Assembly: GCA_002633005.1 (NCBI GenBank) | Contig: NMRA01000106.1 | Span: 291,655-355,654 of the forward strand | Length of the DNA: 64,000 nt | Direction of reading: 5' to 3' | Source of the DNA: Phoronis australis | Taxonomy: Eukaryota > Animalia > Phoronida | In this document: piece after piece, positions 12,648-26,529 of the stretch | How positions within the stretch are numbered: position 1 is the first letter of the stretch | Layout: each line of letters starts with the position of its first letter | Notes under the pieces: model-generated | Told to the model about the DNA's origin: nothing | Databases searched by the model: none | What the model saw: only the letters and a program-made list of their open reading frames with translations | Position numbers and translations under genes: made by a program

Positions 12648-13968
12648 CTGGCCCTAGTAACGACCCATGTTAGGAAAATAGCTTATACCGACTTTCAATA
12701 CACTGACAGGTTTTAATTTTCCTAGCGGTCTAGTAACACGTCAGGTCTTCAACTATTTACTTGTTCTCGGTTTCCCTTCAAGTAGTCTTCTTTGACCAAT
12801 TCCTGCGCAGAACCGACCTGAACCTGTTTTGCCACAGACAAACGTTCTTCTGACTGAGTGGAATCCCACCCACAGCATTAATGTGTACTTTGAAGTGGTA
12901 AAATCACCGGCTCTGAGCTCAGCGAATGTCTGGCACAAAGATGCGAAAACTTGCAATTTGAAATAAAAGCACAAAACCTCAGTGAATATTGCTGTTTTAG
13001 CTATTCCATTAATCCGCAAATTGCGCTTTGGTCGTAAAAACGGCAACTTCCCTTAAATCCACAACCGGAATATCTTTTCCTGGCAAGTGATATTCTGTAG
13101 ACACATCTACAAACTCAGGTTCTCTCTCACAAATTAAGAATTATGTAAGATAAAAATAGTATCAAGTGATTGTTGAGTGTGATTCCCTTTTTATGTTTAA
13201 ATGTGCATCAACCTGTCTTGCCATACTAGCAATTGGTTTCACTGGTAATGAAAAAGTACGTGCCGAATCTGCCAATGAATTTTAAAAGACACACCAACCC
13301 TTGTTTACGAAATTCTTTACACGTTGATGCCCTGTGTGAACCGATTAGCTGATAAATTCATTTCCATCGCCGTGTAGAAAAACGTTCTATATACATTTTT
13401 AATGGCCATCTAATCTATTCTCTAATCTGCAATTTGACAGTAAACCAGTAGGTATAAATCTTAATACATTTTTGTAAAATCGATTCAAATACTGCCCTCT
13501 GTACTTCATCCGAAACTCTATAACTACTCCCAAAGAGTTTGTTTACAAAGTAATTATGTTACTATAGACGGCTTGACGCGATCAAACACATTGTTTATCC
13601 AAACTGTTTGGCTCAAACCACTTAATATAGATGGATTTATGACAAAAATTATCGTAAACGACTTGAAAATAGAGTTGGCAGTAGTTATTAACTCCAGTGT
13701 CAACACGCAGCGGGTGGGAGTTGTTAAACGGAAGAGTGAGTCACCAGACTAGGAAACTTAGTTCACGGTGAAAAAATGAAATATGTGCCATATGTATGTA
13801 TATGTCAGTATGTAAAACCTAAAACTATATTAATGAGAAATTCGGAGAACAGAACCACTCATTTGTAAACCTCTGAGCATACTAAGTTCCTTAACTTCAG
13901 ATTGGAATCGCTGTAGGAATACTTGGACGTGACATTTCCTATGGTTTACAATTTGTGTTACAAAATGG

Positions 13969-14111
13969 ACGGTGCAAGATGAGAGACAGAGTCTCAGGTT
14001 TATGAAATGGGCAAAACCTCTTGCCGAGGGATTTTGAAGAAATTTCTATGAGGTTTTGCCCATGTCACTAATCTGAGACGAGTGTAGGATTTGTTTTCTC
14101 ACATGAACCGT
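13969..14111. mobile_element. ~140 bp imperfect palindrome (MITE-like)
   Basis: atgggcaaaacctc / gaggttttgcccat is a perfect 14-bp inverted pair, nested within gtctcag / ctgagac and outer acggt / accgt arms. Confidence 0.6.
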
Positions 14112-17100
14112 AAAAAAGATCTTTTTTGCTGAAAAACTAGACGTGTCTAAAACTTTCAACCACACGAGGCAACTTTGGTAAAAACGCGCTTGCGCAATGC
14201 AAAGTAATTAAGTTACTCTTTGTTAATACTTTTATTTCAAGCTGAAGAATTCTAAATTACATCCAAATTAGAATCCAATAAATAGTATTTGAATGTGTAA
14301 TATTAAAACTTAAAAATGTTTACAAATAATGGTCAGCAAGGCTTCCCTGCGCGTGAGCACTGAATTGACCTTGAGACAGCACACCTAGAACAGTCTCGCC
14401 TCGTTTCTTGAGTTGAGGGCTCGTCTCTTTGAATGAATGTGGATATGGAATTTGCCGCCGAAGATGGGTCCGTTTAAGAAGTTGTTTGCATGTCCTTCCA
14501 ACTGAGAGTACGTACAGTTGTGACAACCGATTTGTCAATCCTAACCTTGTCATTTCTTGGAATTCCTGCATTGTTTGGTTGGCGCGCGTTTGGTTATTTT
14601 AGTGTTTTGCAGACCATAAAATGTAAGACGTATGGATTTCTACTTTGCACTACGTAATGATTCGCGCATGTAATGTCAAATAATTACATACTCGGTGTTA
14701 TTAACCAGTCGTGTCGGAACACATTCCAGGACATGTGAGAATAAGAATTCTTTACTTTCACTGGTTTACGGATCAATTTGACAAGTACGACCATTTGGGT
14801 TTTTTTTTTGCCTTACCTTTGAGTCAGATTACCACATTAACAAGTGAAACGACACAATGAGTTTCGTATTTTCCACTTTAACATCCAGATTTCCAAAACA
14901 GCGTCTGATCGGACATTTGGACAGGCTCACTAAAAATCAAAATGTTTTATTTTCCGAAAAATACGCCGTGAGGATTGTTGGAAATTTCCAGGTATCAATA
15001 ACAAATCCATTTTATCAAAAAATTATTAATATTGTAACTACCATAAAGCCTTCCAAGCGCAAGGGACTCCGGCATCACATAGTGAATCGTACTCTATCAG
15101 TTTATCCACGTTTGTAATATTGAAATCTAAACTCTGCATTTCGGCTGGTCTTTCAATTTATTAAATATTAAATGCCCAATGCAACCAGCAAATTATTGTT
15201 ACAAAGTTTTACACTTCAATTTCGTCTGACCGTTGGATCGAAATTGTGTAAATAACGTGATACTGGACAATCAAATTTCTTCGTTAATAACGATGGAAAA
15301 CAAGGGACATTTTGGCCTACCTTGAAGATGCCCATGAGCCTGCTGTTCACTTGTTGCGTGTATAAGCGCCATTCACCAAACACTACCAGGATTTAGTCTG
15401 AAGTCAAGTTTTTCAGCATTGCCTTGATTTGAGAATTTTGCATTTTTCAGAATCGACCGAATGTTCGAAGAGGAATACATGAAAAAAGGTTCTGCGCTAC
15501 AGCAAGATTTGTTGTTTCCTTTTTTGAACTCGGAAACCGACGAGCCCCCCATAGCAGAGGGCGTGACAAAGCCCGACACGTACGTAATTGGTGGTATTGA
15601 CTACGTTTGAAACTGCTGTTTGAGTTTCTACGGGAAAATACACCCTTGTGAAGACAGGATGACAACTGCGGGCTAATTTCCATTAAAACCGCTATCAAGT
15701 TGACGTTGTATTCGTGATAAAAAGTCGAGTTTCTTCATAGGACAAACGACGGTATGTGCTTATCGAAATTGGGCATTGAATACTCCTCAGGCTCAAAACT
15801 AACTCGCCGTGAATCTAATATAAAGCAATAACAACCCAGTAAAACATACCATGAGTAAAGAAGGAGATGAAAACCGCTTTTATAACACGGAGTGTTTCAA
15901 ATCAAAAGTTAGTCTTTGACAGAAGGCGCCGGTTTTTAATGACCTGTTATAAGCCTTCTATCGCAATCACAAACTAAATTTGAATTAAGCCAATCACAGA
16001 TCACACATTACAGAAATGATCCTTGAAAAAACTGAATGAAGTCGCTATCATTTGCTTTAGACCGAGATCGCTCTCTTTGTTGTCACGATGGGTTAATCCC
16101 ATTTGCAAAGGCAATTTAATTATTGTGATCAGTTTAAATTCGTATCAAGCATAAGAACGCCATGGCGTTGCTTTGAATTACCGAAATTTATACATCTGTG
16201 AAAACTAAAAAACGTCGACGTTTTTAACAATAGAACGTGCTCTAAAATAGTTTCAAGTGGGTTTTTGTCTTATGAATGAGACGATTAGAAATTACAGCAC
16301 AAGTTGCAATTGTCCCCTGATGTTTGTCCTACCTTGGACCTGAACATTCGTGCCATCTTGTTAACCCCGGCTGCACAAATTCAGTGTACTCTAGATGTGG
16401 GCTCATAGTGACCCCGGGGTACTCTCATGCAAGGGGTAATAAACGGCGTGCAGCTCAGAAGGCTGACTTTTCCACGACCATACTCAGTGAAAAATGATGT
16501 CATATCGTATAAAATGACTTACGAAGGGGTCCACTTTGGGAGCGCAAAACCCAACAAAGTATGTTTTCCTCAAGTATGATCTACATATTTTCTTATACAT
16601 AATCCATATTTTAAAAAGTTTGGTTGTAAAAATTGTAATCATTGTTTACAACATGGCATCTCTTGTTGTGCTGTTTTGATCTGAATGGGTTAAAATTTTA
16701 TAAAAAATAGTTTAGCTTGACGGCATTAAACCCTAAGAAAGGGCTATATTTCTGGAACACAATCCATGACGGTTGATTATTGTCCTAACGGTTTGGCAGA
16801 TTTTGACGAGGCTGTTGACAAAAGGTTTATGACTGGATGTGCCAACATCACTCGAGATTCACCGGCCAAATTAGACTGCTAAGTTACCGCCTCTTAGTCG
16901 TTTTTTTCAGTTTTCCACTACATGGTGCTTCTCTGTTAGTTTTTGCAAAATGCACGGCAATATCACGCGTAATTTCGCGAAAATTTACTTTTTAGAGAGG
17001 TCCTAGCGTTACTGAACTCTAACAGTGGTCAGTAGATGACTGACTTAATGGGTTCTGTTGTCATCAGTAAAGAGACTGGAGGGACACTAACATCGAACAT

Positions 17101-17464
17101 GAATTTCTCAGGCAGTGATTGACTTACTATGCAGTTGTTTTCAGCACCCTCTGCTTTACATACTTAGATTATTCAATCCATACAAATATTTTTCAAAGAA
17201 ATTGTGCAACTTAAAATGAATTTGAAGTACTAATCGTACAAGAACAGATGAACATATCCAGGAAATGTTACCCTTCATCTCAGTCCGGGGATCACCGACT
17301 TTTTTATGTTTAGAAAAGAAAAATAATTACTCCGGGAAAAAATGCGCATAGTGAGTTTTCCGAAATGGCTATTCCAGTCCGCCAATTCATTGTCGACTTC
17401 TATTCTCCGCCAAGGCTTATTTATTCGTCGTAAATCTCACATTCAAAACAGCGTAATGTAGACG

Positions 17465-19898
17465 ATGAAACCCCTTTTCAGTGAGATTGAGACGGTCAAA
17501 GACGCAGGTAGACAGCCCAAAGTCTCTGTGTCCAGTAAAGGCAAGGACTTGGTTAAGATGACTCACAGCCCTTCAACAAAAAGCGTGACGTCAACCAAAA
17601 GTCACAAGGCACCATGTAACGCATCCAAACCAAGCCTCGTGGACTCTTCATCATCTCGGTCACATGCATCAAATGATGCCGCAGGTAGGACCATCTCCCA
17701 AGCGCAAGAAGAAATGTAAGAAATAGTCAAGTAAAACTGTCACAAGCAAGTCATCTGTTCTTGTTCACGGGAAGTGACCCGTTCACAATGATGAATGCTC
17801 AAAACCTGAGAACTAAATGTTTGCTAATCGCTAACTGGTGAGACGGCTGCCTCTCTTACTCTAACCCCAAATGTTGCTAAGGTGAATGGAAAATCGCCCC
17901 AAGAAACTAAACAAATAATTGGCTCAAAGGATTCCTGGTCTTCTAATCTAACTGATATTATTCACTTATTACTGCTTGCTTCAAGAACTGAGAAATATAT
18001 GCATGCCAGTTGCAACGGCTTCATCTTTTTTGAAATATCATGTAAATGTATTATGAGAACATTTTCCTGCGGACGGGAAACACCGTCCAAAATACTCCAC
18101 ACGTGAAATCCAATCAGCACAAACTGGCACATTTAAAACACATTTTATGGAACTTGCAGAGGAAAGCGCTTTTTTTTCTTGTAAGGTAGGCCTATATACA
18201 ATTTTGTCATCATCTCCGTAAAGTTGTAAGTTTCTTTTTCGATCTTCAGATAAAAGAGTTACGCAATAATTGGGTTGCGCTTTAAAACCCTCAAATTAAA
18301 TTTTGCTCGATTGCAAAATGTTATTATTGACAAAGTTTTGATAAATATTTTATACAGTTAATAAGTTTTATTTTTACGGTGAACCATCGATAAAGGGTTT
18401 TTAAATAATATGCAAATGACGTCTAAATTGAGAGATCCTGTAGTCCTCAGGGACGAATTATTTTGGGCAGAGTTGACTAATTGAACTAAATTTGACTAGA
18501 TTTATAAAACGGGGAATCATCATAACGGCTTCTACTCTGAAATTGAGGCGCCAACCTCGTCACATAGTTCGTTTTTTTGTACCAGTGAAAATGGTCGACA
18601 AAGGTGGTGTCATTTGTGATGATTTTCAAAGTCATTGTAAAAAACAAGGACTTGATGCCGTCGGTGTTTGTGCCACATCGCAGGAGTATCATCTCTAGAA
18701 TAAGAATTTTGGGAACGAATTGATGTGCCACACTCCTGTGGGAGATGAATTACTTTGGGATCGTATTGATGAGCTAGACTTCTGTGGGAGTTGAGTTATT
18801 TTGCAAAAATGCAGAGATTTATTTTAGTGTAACTTCTTCCACAAAAAAATGTTGTCATATGCTTCTTTTCTTAAACGTTTTGTCAATTTTAAGTGAGCTC
18901 GTGGTGTTCAGTTGAAAGTCCACATTCTGAACATGTGATATGAGCTAACGTCGTTTGAATCACTTTTGCTGTACGCCACAAAGTTCAAGAAACTAATCTT
19001 CACTCCACGTCACTTTTTCTGTGCCCCACTAACACTGGTTACATGGGAATCTTTATGACGAACTATTAAGAAAATCCTAAGCAAATTAAGCAGGAAACAT
19101 GCCGACACAAGTCCCAACACAGGTCTCTAGGAAGGTAAACTTTATTGGATGGTACGAACTAATTCATTCAACTTTTGACCCCAGGATGTCACAAACTTCA
19201 TATTCTTCGTATCGCCATAACTTCACTGTCACCATGATCGTCGTCAATTTCGCACCCCCATATGAGTTTGGAGCAAATCCCAGGACGGCAGCCATTAAGA
19301 ACGTACATATCCACTAAACTTAACGAGATAGGATAATATTTTAGATCGGAACACATAGCGCGTTCAGGATAATAGTTTGACTGTTTGGGATATATTTATG
19401 AAAAATAACCATTTTATTAGTGTGTCAAAAAGATGTATCTCCAAAATCACTCTTAAGGGTTTACAAAAGTAACGTTAGAAACTCCCCCAGTAGCAACTGG
19501 GTAGACAAAGCATGGTCCCACAAACTTCGGTTAAAATTTCTTCTGGAGAGTGAAAATGAGGTAGAGCTTGGAAAAAGTACACATTAATAGTTTCATGCTT
19601 TTAAAGGTGCCTGGCGCGAATGGTATATTGCCATAGAGGCTGTTTCAGAATCATTAAAACACGGGAACCCTGGTTTAGGGTAGCTGCACCATGGGAGAGG
19701 AGAAGTAAACGACGTGAAAGTGGTGAAATTTCACCAATCAAGACATTTACAATCCGAAATTTACAGTTACACACAATTTTAGACAATTCCCTTCGGCGTA
19801 CAGATACTGAACGGGCATGGGAGACGAGGAGTAATTACAAGAAGGAATTTTCAGAATTTATTCGTGTTAATGTGACTTCTGGTTTGTTTCAGTGGTAG
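17465..19898 (+). CDS. Possible two-exon gene (17465-17715 + 19607-19898) for a ~180 aa Ser/Lys/Arg-rich protein of unknown family
   Basis: An ATG-initiated, Ser/Lys-rich ORF ends at AT|gtaag (phase 2). The acceptor ttttaaag| at 19606 continues in phase 2 into the 19620 ORF. No recognisable domain, so this may be chance. Confidence 0.25.
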
Positions 19899-20954
19899 TC
19901 TGTATGTGTTAAAATTACACTCCAAGAATTCCAGAAATCTTTGTTTTCGTTTTCTCTACAGCTTGACCAATAATTGAGAGGCTCTTACATGTATGTTCAA
20001 CATCTCCTTTTTCCTTATCAACGATGCGTTCACAACAACGAGCTGAGAGAAAGGAGAATAACAGATGACTCCAGTATCCATTGCCATAAGAAGGGTCACC
20101 TGAGCAATACAATTTTGCATTCCTTACGTTCATGTATAAAGTGAATTTGAGGACCTGAACAAAATTGTTTCATAAAATCTGTACATAACAAGTTTTTTTC
20201 AGAATCATTAGAAGTGGAGTATAATAAGAGCCCGTTTCAAGTGCCCTTAATCAACTTAATCCACACAGCAAAATTGGGTCCTTCTAAAGGCAAAAAATTC
20301 AGACTAGGCTGAAGGTAAATCCAGAAATGACAAAGGCAAACGTTCTCTAAAACGTTATCTCTTGTTTATGTATAGCCGTGCTATTTTGACTGCCCCCGCC
20401 TCCGTCCCTATGCCTATAGTATGCCAGCCAGTTTGATTTCACATTGACAATTATTACATGTATGGGGGGGGGCGCACTTATCCCCCGGCCCCCGCTTCTC
20501 TCAACTCTACAGTATCGCTATTTTGCCTAACAATTTTGTCTTCCCTCACCTAATGCGTCCTTATGGACCGGAGGGCATTGATTGCCGAGAGTCCATAATA
20601 TTGTTAAGGCGGTCCTGAAGGTGCAGTGATTCCGTCTGCAATGTTTATCCCCGTTTTGTAAACATTTACGATTGCAAGATTAAAGGGTGCGATATTGTCG
20701 TTACTCGGATATGGTGTATCTTGGCAACTTGACGCGGTAACGGTATATATATTATTAAATAAACTGCTGTTAACATATACTGTGGTTCGAGGGAGGCTCT
20801 AGAAAATTGGATTGAAAAAGATTGTAGAACTAATTTTCTCAGCTTGGGTAACTTTCTTGACTTAATCGGAAATTGACAACGGAAAACTATTTCAAGCATC
20901 CAAATCAAGATAGCCAAACAAATGCGCCGTATCACGAGTTCAATAGGTTAAAAG

Positions 20955-20962
20955 TATAAATA
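20955..20962 (+). promoter_or_regulatory. TATA box upstream of the CCP-MAM gene
   Basis: TATAAATA lies ~100 bp upstream of the signal-peptide ATG at 21061. Confidence 0.5.
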
Positions 20963-21060
20963 CGCGTCTCGGAGAAAATTGATAGACGTGAATTAGAACT
21001 GTACAACTATCAGCGTTAGAAACATAGAGAAGACGACTTGACCATACGCATGTAGATACA

Positions 21061-21144
21061 ATGGTTATGGTAATGTCTAGACACATGTTATTGTTTTTAT
21101 TTTGTGCATTTATTGTCGCAGTCACAGCCAAGCCTTGTATAAAG
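21061..21144 (+). CDS. CCP-MAM secreted protein, exon 1 (signal peptide)
   Basis: MVMVMSRHMLLFLFCAFIVAVTAKPCIK, then AAG|gtaaga (phase 0). Confidence 0.75.
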
Positions 21145-21877
21145 GTAAGATATTTTGATCATTGTTTTTGAGAGGAGTTTTGCGTTAGAAGTGTTCACAA
21201 CAGTTCTACCCTTATTCTGTTGAGTACAACAAATGTTTTAGATGGTAAAACTGCCAATACATGGTATGATGAACAAAGGGTCCGCGTCTCACCATGAACA
21301 CCTGCATCCGAATTATTGGCAGACATACATGTACATATAGGCCAAAAACAGATACGCAAACGTTATACATTTCGCCCTGTTAACGAAAATGAAATTAGTT
21401 TAGTCTTCTTTTCGCTCTCCTAAAATCGATCACATAATAATCCTTACCGTCATGGGATTTTATTTTTGTCACAAACAAGATCGTCGAAACCGTCTCAAGA
21501 GAACACTTCAGAGTTTATCGGTGTCTGCCAAACCTAAAATTTCGAATTACGAAAATGACGAATGTACGTATTGCCTTTGTTTTTGTTTTTGTTTATAACG
21601 GAAATAAAATCCTGTCACTGTAAGGAATATTATAATACCGACGTTCGTTTTTTAACCAGCTAAACAGAGCGAAATACATGTAATGAGAGAAAGTACTTTG
21701 GAAAGATGCGCTTCTAATGTGGAATATTTTAGTGTTCCACATTATGTATTTAAACTATATAAAGTGGATTTGACTCTTCTCTAAGTAACTCTAAGTAACT
21801 TCTTGAGCATTTATCTTAAGAATTTATCCTATTTCGTTCAGTATTGTGTTCTAATTTCTTGAAAACTTGTTCCTTAG

Positions 21878-22022
21878 GTAAAAGGCTCCAATTCTCAACA
21901 AGGTTGTGAGTCTCAGCTCGCTACAAAAGAAGAAATCGTGGCCGCTCTAAGCCCTGTAGAGACGGAGGTGGATCCAAACTACGACGCTACCTGGTGGAAT
22001 TCCATTGCCAGAAAAAGATCAA
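21878..22022 (+). CDS. CCP-MAM secreted protein, exon 2 (propeptide-like, ends RKRS)
   Basis: Acceptor ttgttccttag|; open in phase 0 (VKGSNSQQGC...DATWWNSIARKRS); donor A|gtaaat in phase 1 matches the next exon. Confidence 0.65.
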
Positions 22023-23535
22023 GTAAATAAAACATAAACGAAGCCTGTACACTAAGCATTTAAAGCACTCTTAGACCGAGTCATACTGTTACGATTTCAT
22101 TTTCTTGTCTTGACCATCGAGGTGCAGTTTCTTTTAGGTTCGTTGAGACTGTTTCCGCTCTTGACGAGGAAGACGTACATGTACTTGTAGCAGCCTCCAC
22201 TTGTCACGAGTATTTTTGAATCGACGTATCTGTAAATTTGTATGTATTATTTCTATTATTTCATGAAGTAGGCACCATCGACTTTCTGCAAGTGTGAAAA
22301 TTTTCAATTGAATTAGATATTTAAGCGAATAAAAAGCCGCGTGTCGTCGATCTAACTAAGTTTAGATTTAGATCACTGTCTTGCTGCTATGAATTTGTAT
22401 AAACTTGTTCCTTACTCTGGTGAGAAGTTCGTTTTGGTCCTAGAAAGTTCTGTGAATTCATTTCTGTTGCTGACCGTGATCAGTGCATAATCAATGAACT
22501 GTCAGTTCCTTCACAGCCCGAAAATCACATCTATTTTAAGACTACTGTCATAACGGCGAGTCATCTAAATAAAGAATTGTTTTTGTGATAGCTTTTTGGG
22601 CTTGGCATGATGCAACTCCTACGCTAACATTTTGGGTTTTGTTACCTCAACGCTCAGTGAGCCTGAGCCAGACTGTGACTAACTTGTTCTAATTGATTCA
22701 CAAGTTAATGTTCGTGGCTTAGCCGAGATGCTGAAGAAAACCTTTACTCGATTTTAAAAACTCAAAGACCGCTAGCATTTAATTTCAAATTTTAAAAATA
22801 TGCTGAGCGTTTGCATAACTTATTGCTCGTTTTTTATTTTCTTTGTTTTAATTTAAAACTCGTGTTGGTTTACGACCGTAGTTGACCGAGGAATTCGCTT
22901 TTCGCCCACTTGGGTGCAAACACTGTTAACGTCAGCTTTGCCTAATGGAAGGGTTAACTAGTCCGCATAATACAATTCTGCAGACAGTTGTAAATCATTG
23001 GTATCGTTCACACCATATGCCTTTTGAAATTGACATGCAAAGGACGTAAACAATTCTTTTTGAACCTTGCTCTTAGTCATACAGCTGTCCCATGTTGACT
23101 GTGTAACTAAACACATGTTAGCAAAGGGTTTGTGGTCTTGAATGAGAGCATAACTCTTGTATTACGCCGTATAAATTCTGAGTAACGGAACCCAAAATGG
23201 AGGACAGGTTTATGAAGCCTGATTTCTAAAAATACGTCAGTTGAAGTAACTTCTCCTGAAGAGGAACCTAATAACAGGCAATATGGTAGTGGGCCTGCAG
23301 ATGACGCCATTGGAACCTCATTTCATGTACACGTAATAGAGGTACAAGTCGTAACGATCATCATGATAACTGGAAAGTCTGCTTGAAATTGCCAGCAGAT
23401 TTACGTCATGCTTTAGGAGCGTCTACTTTAGACATTGTCTCATTTAATCTACTATTCTGCATTTAGGAAAATAATTTAATTTTTGGACACCAAAGAAATA
23501 AACTTTTGCAGTAAGAAACTTGATTTCTGTTTTAG

Positions 23536-23733
23536 AAAAGGTATGCGCCCATCCAATCCAACCAGCCAACGGTTTGATGTCAGGTACAACCACGAATATT
23601 GGCGATCAATACCATTTCGCCTGCAAACCTGGCTTCAGGTTAGTGGGTTCCGCCACCATTACATGCCATGACCATGTCAGTGCTTACGGACTATGGTCCG
23701 ACTACTATCCGTTTTGTGTGTTTAGACAAACCA
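23536..23733 (+). CDS. CCP-MAM secreted protein, exon 3 (Sushi/CCP domain)
   Basis: CAHPIQPANG...YHFACKPGFRLVGSATITC...WSDYYPFC matches the CCP consensus; phase 1-1 exon bounded by ttttag| and |gtaagt. Confidence 0.9.
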
Positions 23734-24160
23734 GTAAGTATCCTGTTTCGTCGTTCAAATAATGTTTGCACTGTCAATTGTGTGTTTTGTTAGTTTCACA
23801 GATTTAACTCAAACCCGTTTTTGATCGTTTGGATTATAAAAGATTGGCAGGTTACACCGGCAGTAAATAAATCAGCTAAAGTCAATAGTATTTGTATTGT
23901 CCATCATCATGATTACAAAAAGTCTCTCATGACGCGTTATCAACGAAAATTTATCTATTGATGATTCTGAATGATTAAGATTTTTTACTTTTATTCCCAT
24001 TTAAGTGATCTATCTTCCCATGCTACCAATTATGTCGTAGCGAGAAATTGTATCAAGCAGCCACCACACTGCTCGGGATTATCGAAATCCTAGAGCAAAC
24101 CGCAAGTCTTCAAACTGAACAAAATCGCACTCGACAAATTTTATCATATTATAAGCGTAT

Positions 24161-24359
24161 TTAAAGGGTCAAGTCACCTGCCTTCATTTCAGCAAATTCC
24201 CGCAGACATCGGCGAGAATTGGCGATTTGTAACTGATTGAATCACAAACACAACAGATTTATAAGTCTGGTGAATGCTAGTAACTTCGTAAAGTCTGCAC
24301 CAGCCAACAATAATCCTAAACTTGCGTTTTTGGCCTCAAAAATGATGGTCTCCCTTTAA
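24161..24359. mobile_element. Short TTAA-flanked Kolobok-like MITE; related inverted fragment near 26380-26480
   Basis: Termini ttaa-aggg...ccct-ttaa. Internal ggcgagaattggcgattt has its exact reverse complement aaatcgccaattctcgcc at ~26415. Confidence 0.5.
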
Positions 24360-24611
24360 CTGTTCGCAGATCACACATGACTTCCTGCCTATAGACATTA
24401 AGCTGAAACGGTTTGTCTTTAAAGATATGAGTTGCCTAACGAATCAAGACGTTGTTTTCTCTTTTCGCTCTTTGGATGAACAAGCCTACTCAAGTAGGTG
24501 ATAACAGCGTGTCCTGTCTGTAATCCCTAAGATTGCCTCACGACCATTTTCTCCGACTTGCTTACACTAATCACCAATTTCATTAAGAGGTCTATTTATG
24601 GTACAGGGTGT

Positions 24612-24801
24612 ACTACTACCACTATCGCTGCCGCTGCCGCTGTTGTTGTTGCTACTGCTGTTGCTGTTGCTGCTGATACTACTGCTACTAATGATAATAG
24701 GAGTACTAGTAATAAAATATAGTTGTTGGGCCATCCAGGAAACTTGATTAAATCTGGTCCAGCAGACCAGATTTAATTTATTCGAATACACTAGTAATAC
24801 C

Positions 24802-24884
<83 letters not shown>

Positions 24885-24960
24885 CGATAATAATAATAAT
24901 AATAATAACAACGATAATAATAATAATAATAACAACGATAATAATAATAATAATAGTAAT
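24612..24960. repeat. Compound trinucleotide tract; (AAT)n microsatellite at ~24802-24960
   Basis: About 50 AAT units with AAC/GAT variants, preceded by degenerate CTA/CTG/TTG triplets at 24612-24690. Intronic. Confidence 0.95.
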
Positions 24961-25602
24961 AACAGAATCCGTTTTTAAATTCATTCTAAATTCGCTTGAA
25001 CTACGTATATGGATCGTTGAAAATTATTTAATTAGAGTATATTAAACTATAATGTTTTCCATGACAAAGTTCTATACACCTTATCTGTTAGTGATGAATA
25101 TACTAGATGTTGAAAACGTTACATGGCAGTGATGAATGCTAGGTGAAATGACAGGGTCTAGGTATTGAGGGAAAAATCAAATTTTCAAATAGTTGCACAG
25201 TAAAGTTTGTCAAATATGCGGGATAAGGGTAGGACCATGAGTGTACCGGTCCCCTACTGAGCATAACAAAATACCGTTTTTAAGACTAGCTGTGTCGTAA
25301 AGGCTAATGCTCGGTTTGTCTTTCGGAGCTTCTGATCGACCTCTTTCCCACATTCTAGATCCAGAGTTGTTTCAAAGTCCCTCGGAAACCAGGTATCAAC
25401 TGTTTTTTAGTTATTATCGTATTTCCCCAATTTTTTACGAAAACTCCAACGACAGCCCACGGTATAAAACGGAGATTCCTTCATCCAATTGTGAGATGCA
25501 TAATGATCACTATCTATACGCAACAAGGTGCCTCAAACTTGTTGAGCCACAAGCCTCGACATCTAAATCCGAATTTTCCAGCTAATAATCTGCAATTACA
25601 GA

Positions 25603-25693
25603 TTAAACATATACACGTGACCTTAAACATATACACGTGACCTTAAACATATACACGTGACCTTAAACATATACACGTGACCTTAAACATATA
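25603..25693. repeat. 20-bp minisatellite (ttaaacatatacacgtgacc) x ~4.5
   Basis: Four exact units plus a partial unit; each full unit contains CACGTG. Confidence 0.95.
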
Positions 25694-26529
25694 TGCTCGT
25701 GACACGTGACACCGTTCATCCTTTAATTAAATGTCTGTCAATATCTATCAATTTTCTCCACCCATCAACGAATGATGTCCATTGCTATGCTGCTACTATT
25801 TAATACAGGTTTTCTGTAATTCAATGCAGCTTGAAACATTGGTTTTAGACAACGAAACTAAATTCCTTTAATAACAGTTACGTACTCTATACATTGCCGA
25901 CCTTCGTATGTCTCTGAATGGATGGGAAAACTATATGCAAATGTTTTCAAAATATTACTGCGTTTTAGCACATAGACGTCGAAGACGATACCTTGTGCTT
26001 AACCTCTACCAAATGCTTTCGCTATGACAGAAAACAAAGTGAATAAACATCGCTGATCGCGAATTATGTCTCATTAAACTTGCAAAAACTCGAGTCACGA
26101 ACAGTGACGTACGAAACTTTGCCATTTGCCAAAAATCTGAAATCGAGGTATTTTTAGTGCAGCCAATGACTTATGGTTTCCGGACGCATCACTGAGTTTC
26201 GTAGAATGCTAACAAAATGCGTTTTAACGTTTTATGGTTCAGCTCCGCCTTCAGTAGACCTTCGTCTAGTGAGCTAGCTGCTCCCGAGCGTATATTAAAA
26301 TCCCATTATCGGTTTTGCGGCCGAAAACGAAATTTTTGAATTATTGTTCGATAATATGGACAGTCTTGAAGTCATGAAACAACAAAACCTGTTATGCTTG
26401 TCTACTTTCTTTGCAAATCGCCAATTCTCGCCGTTTTCTGCCAGTCATTCGCCGAAATCAAGACCTGCAACTTCCGCCGCCAATTAAACACGCTTAAATT
26501 ACTCTTCCGTTTAACCAGTGGGCTTTACA

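Noticed and set aside
14320-16357. Possible minus-strand gene (MARMFRSK|gtagg at ~16357-16334, exon-like blocks at 15322-15814 and 14818-14929)
   Set aside because: Splice-like signals are present, but every frame tested hits stops and no domain is recognisable. It could be a lncRNA or old pseudogene but is not supportable.
24567-24984. Poly-Leu and poly-Ile ORFs on the minus strand
   Set aside because: They are translations of the intronic (AAT)n microsatellite.
25603-25693. Short direct repeats as a CRISPR array (also 44990-45093 and 30830-32230)
   Set aside because: Units are contiguous or have homologous interiors with no unique spacers; no cas genes; eukaryotic context.
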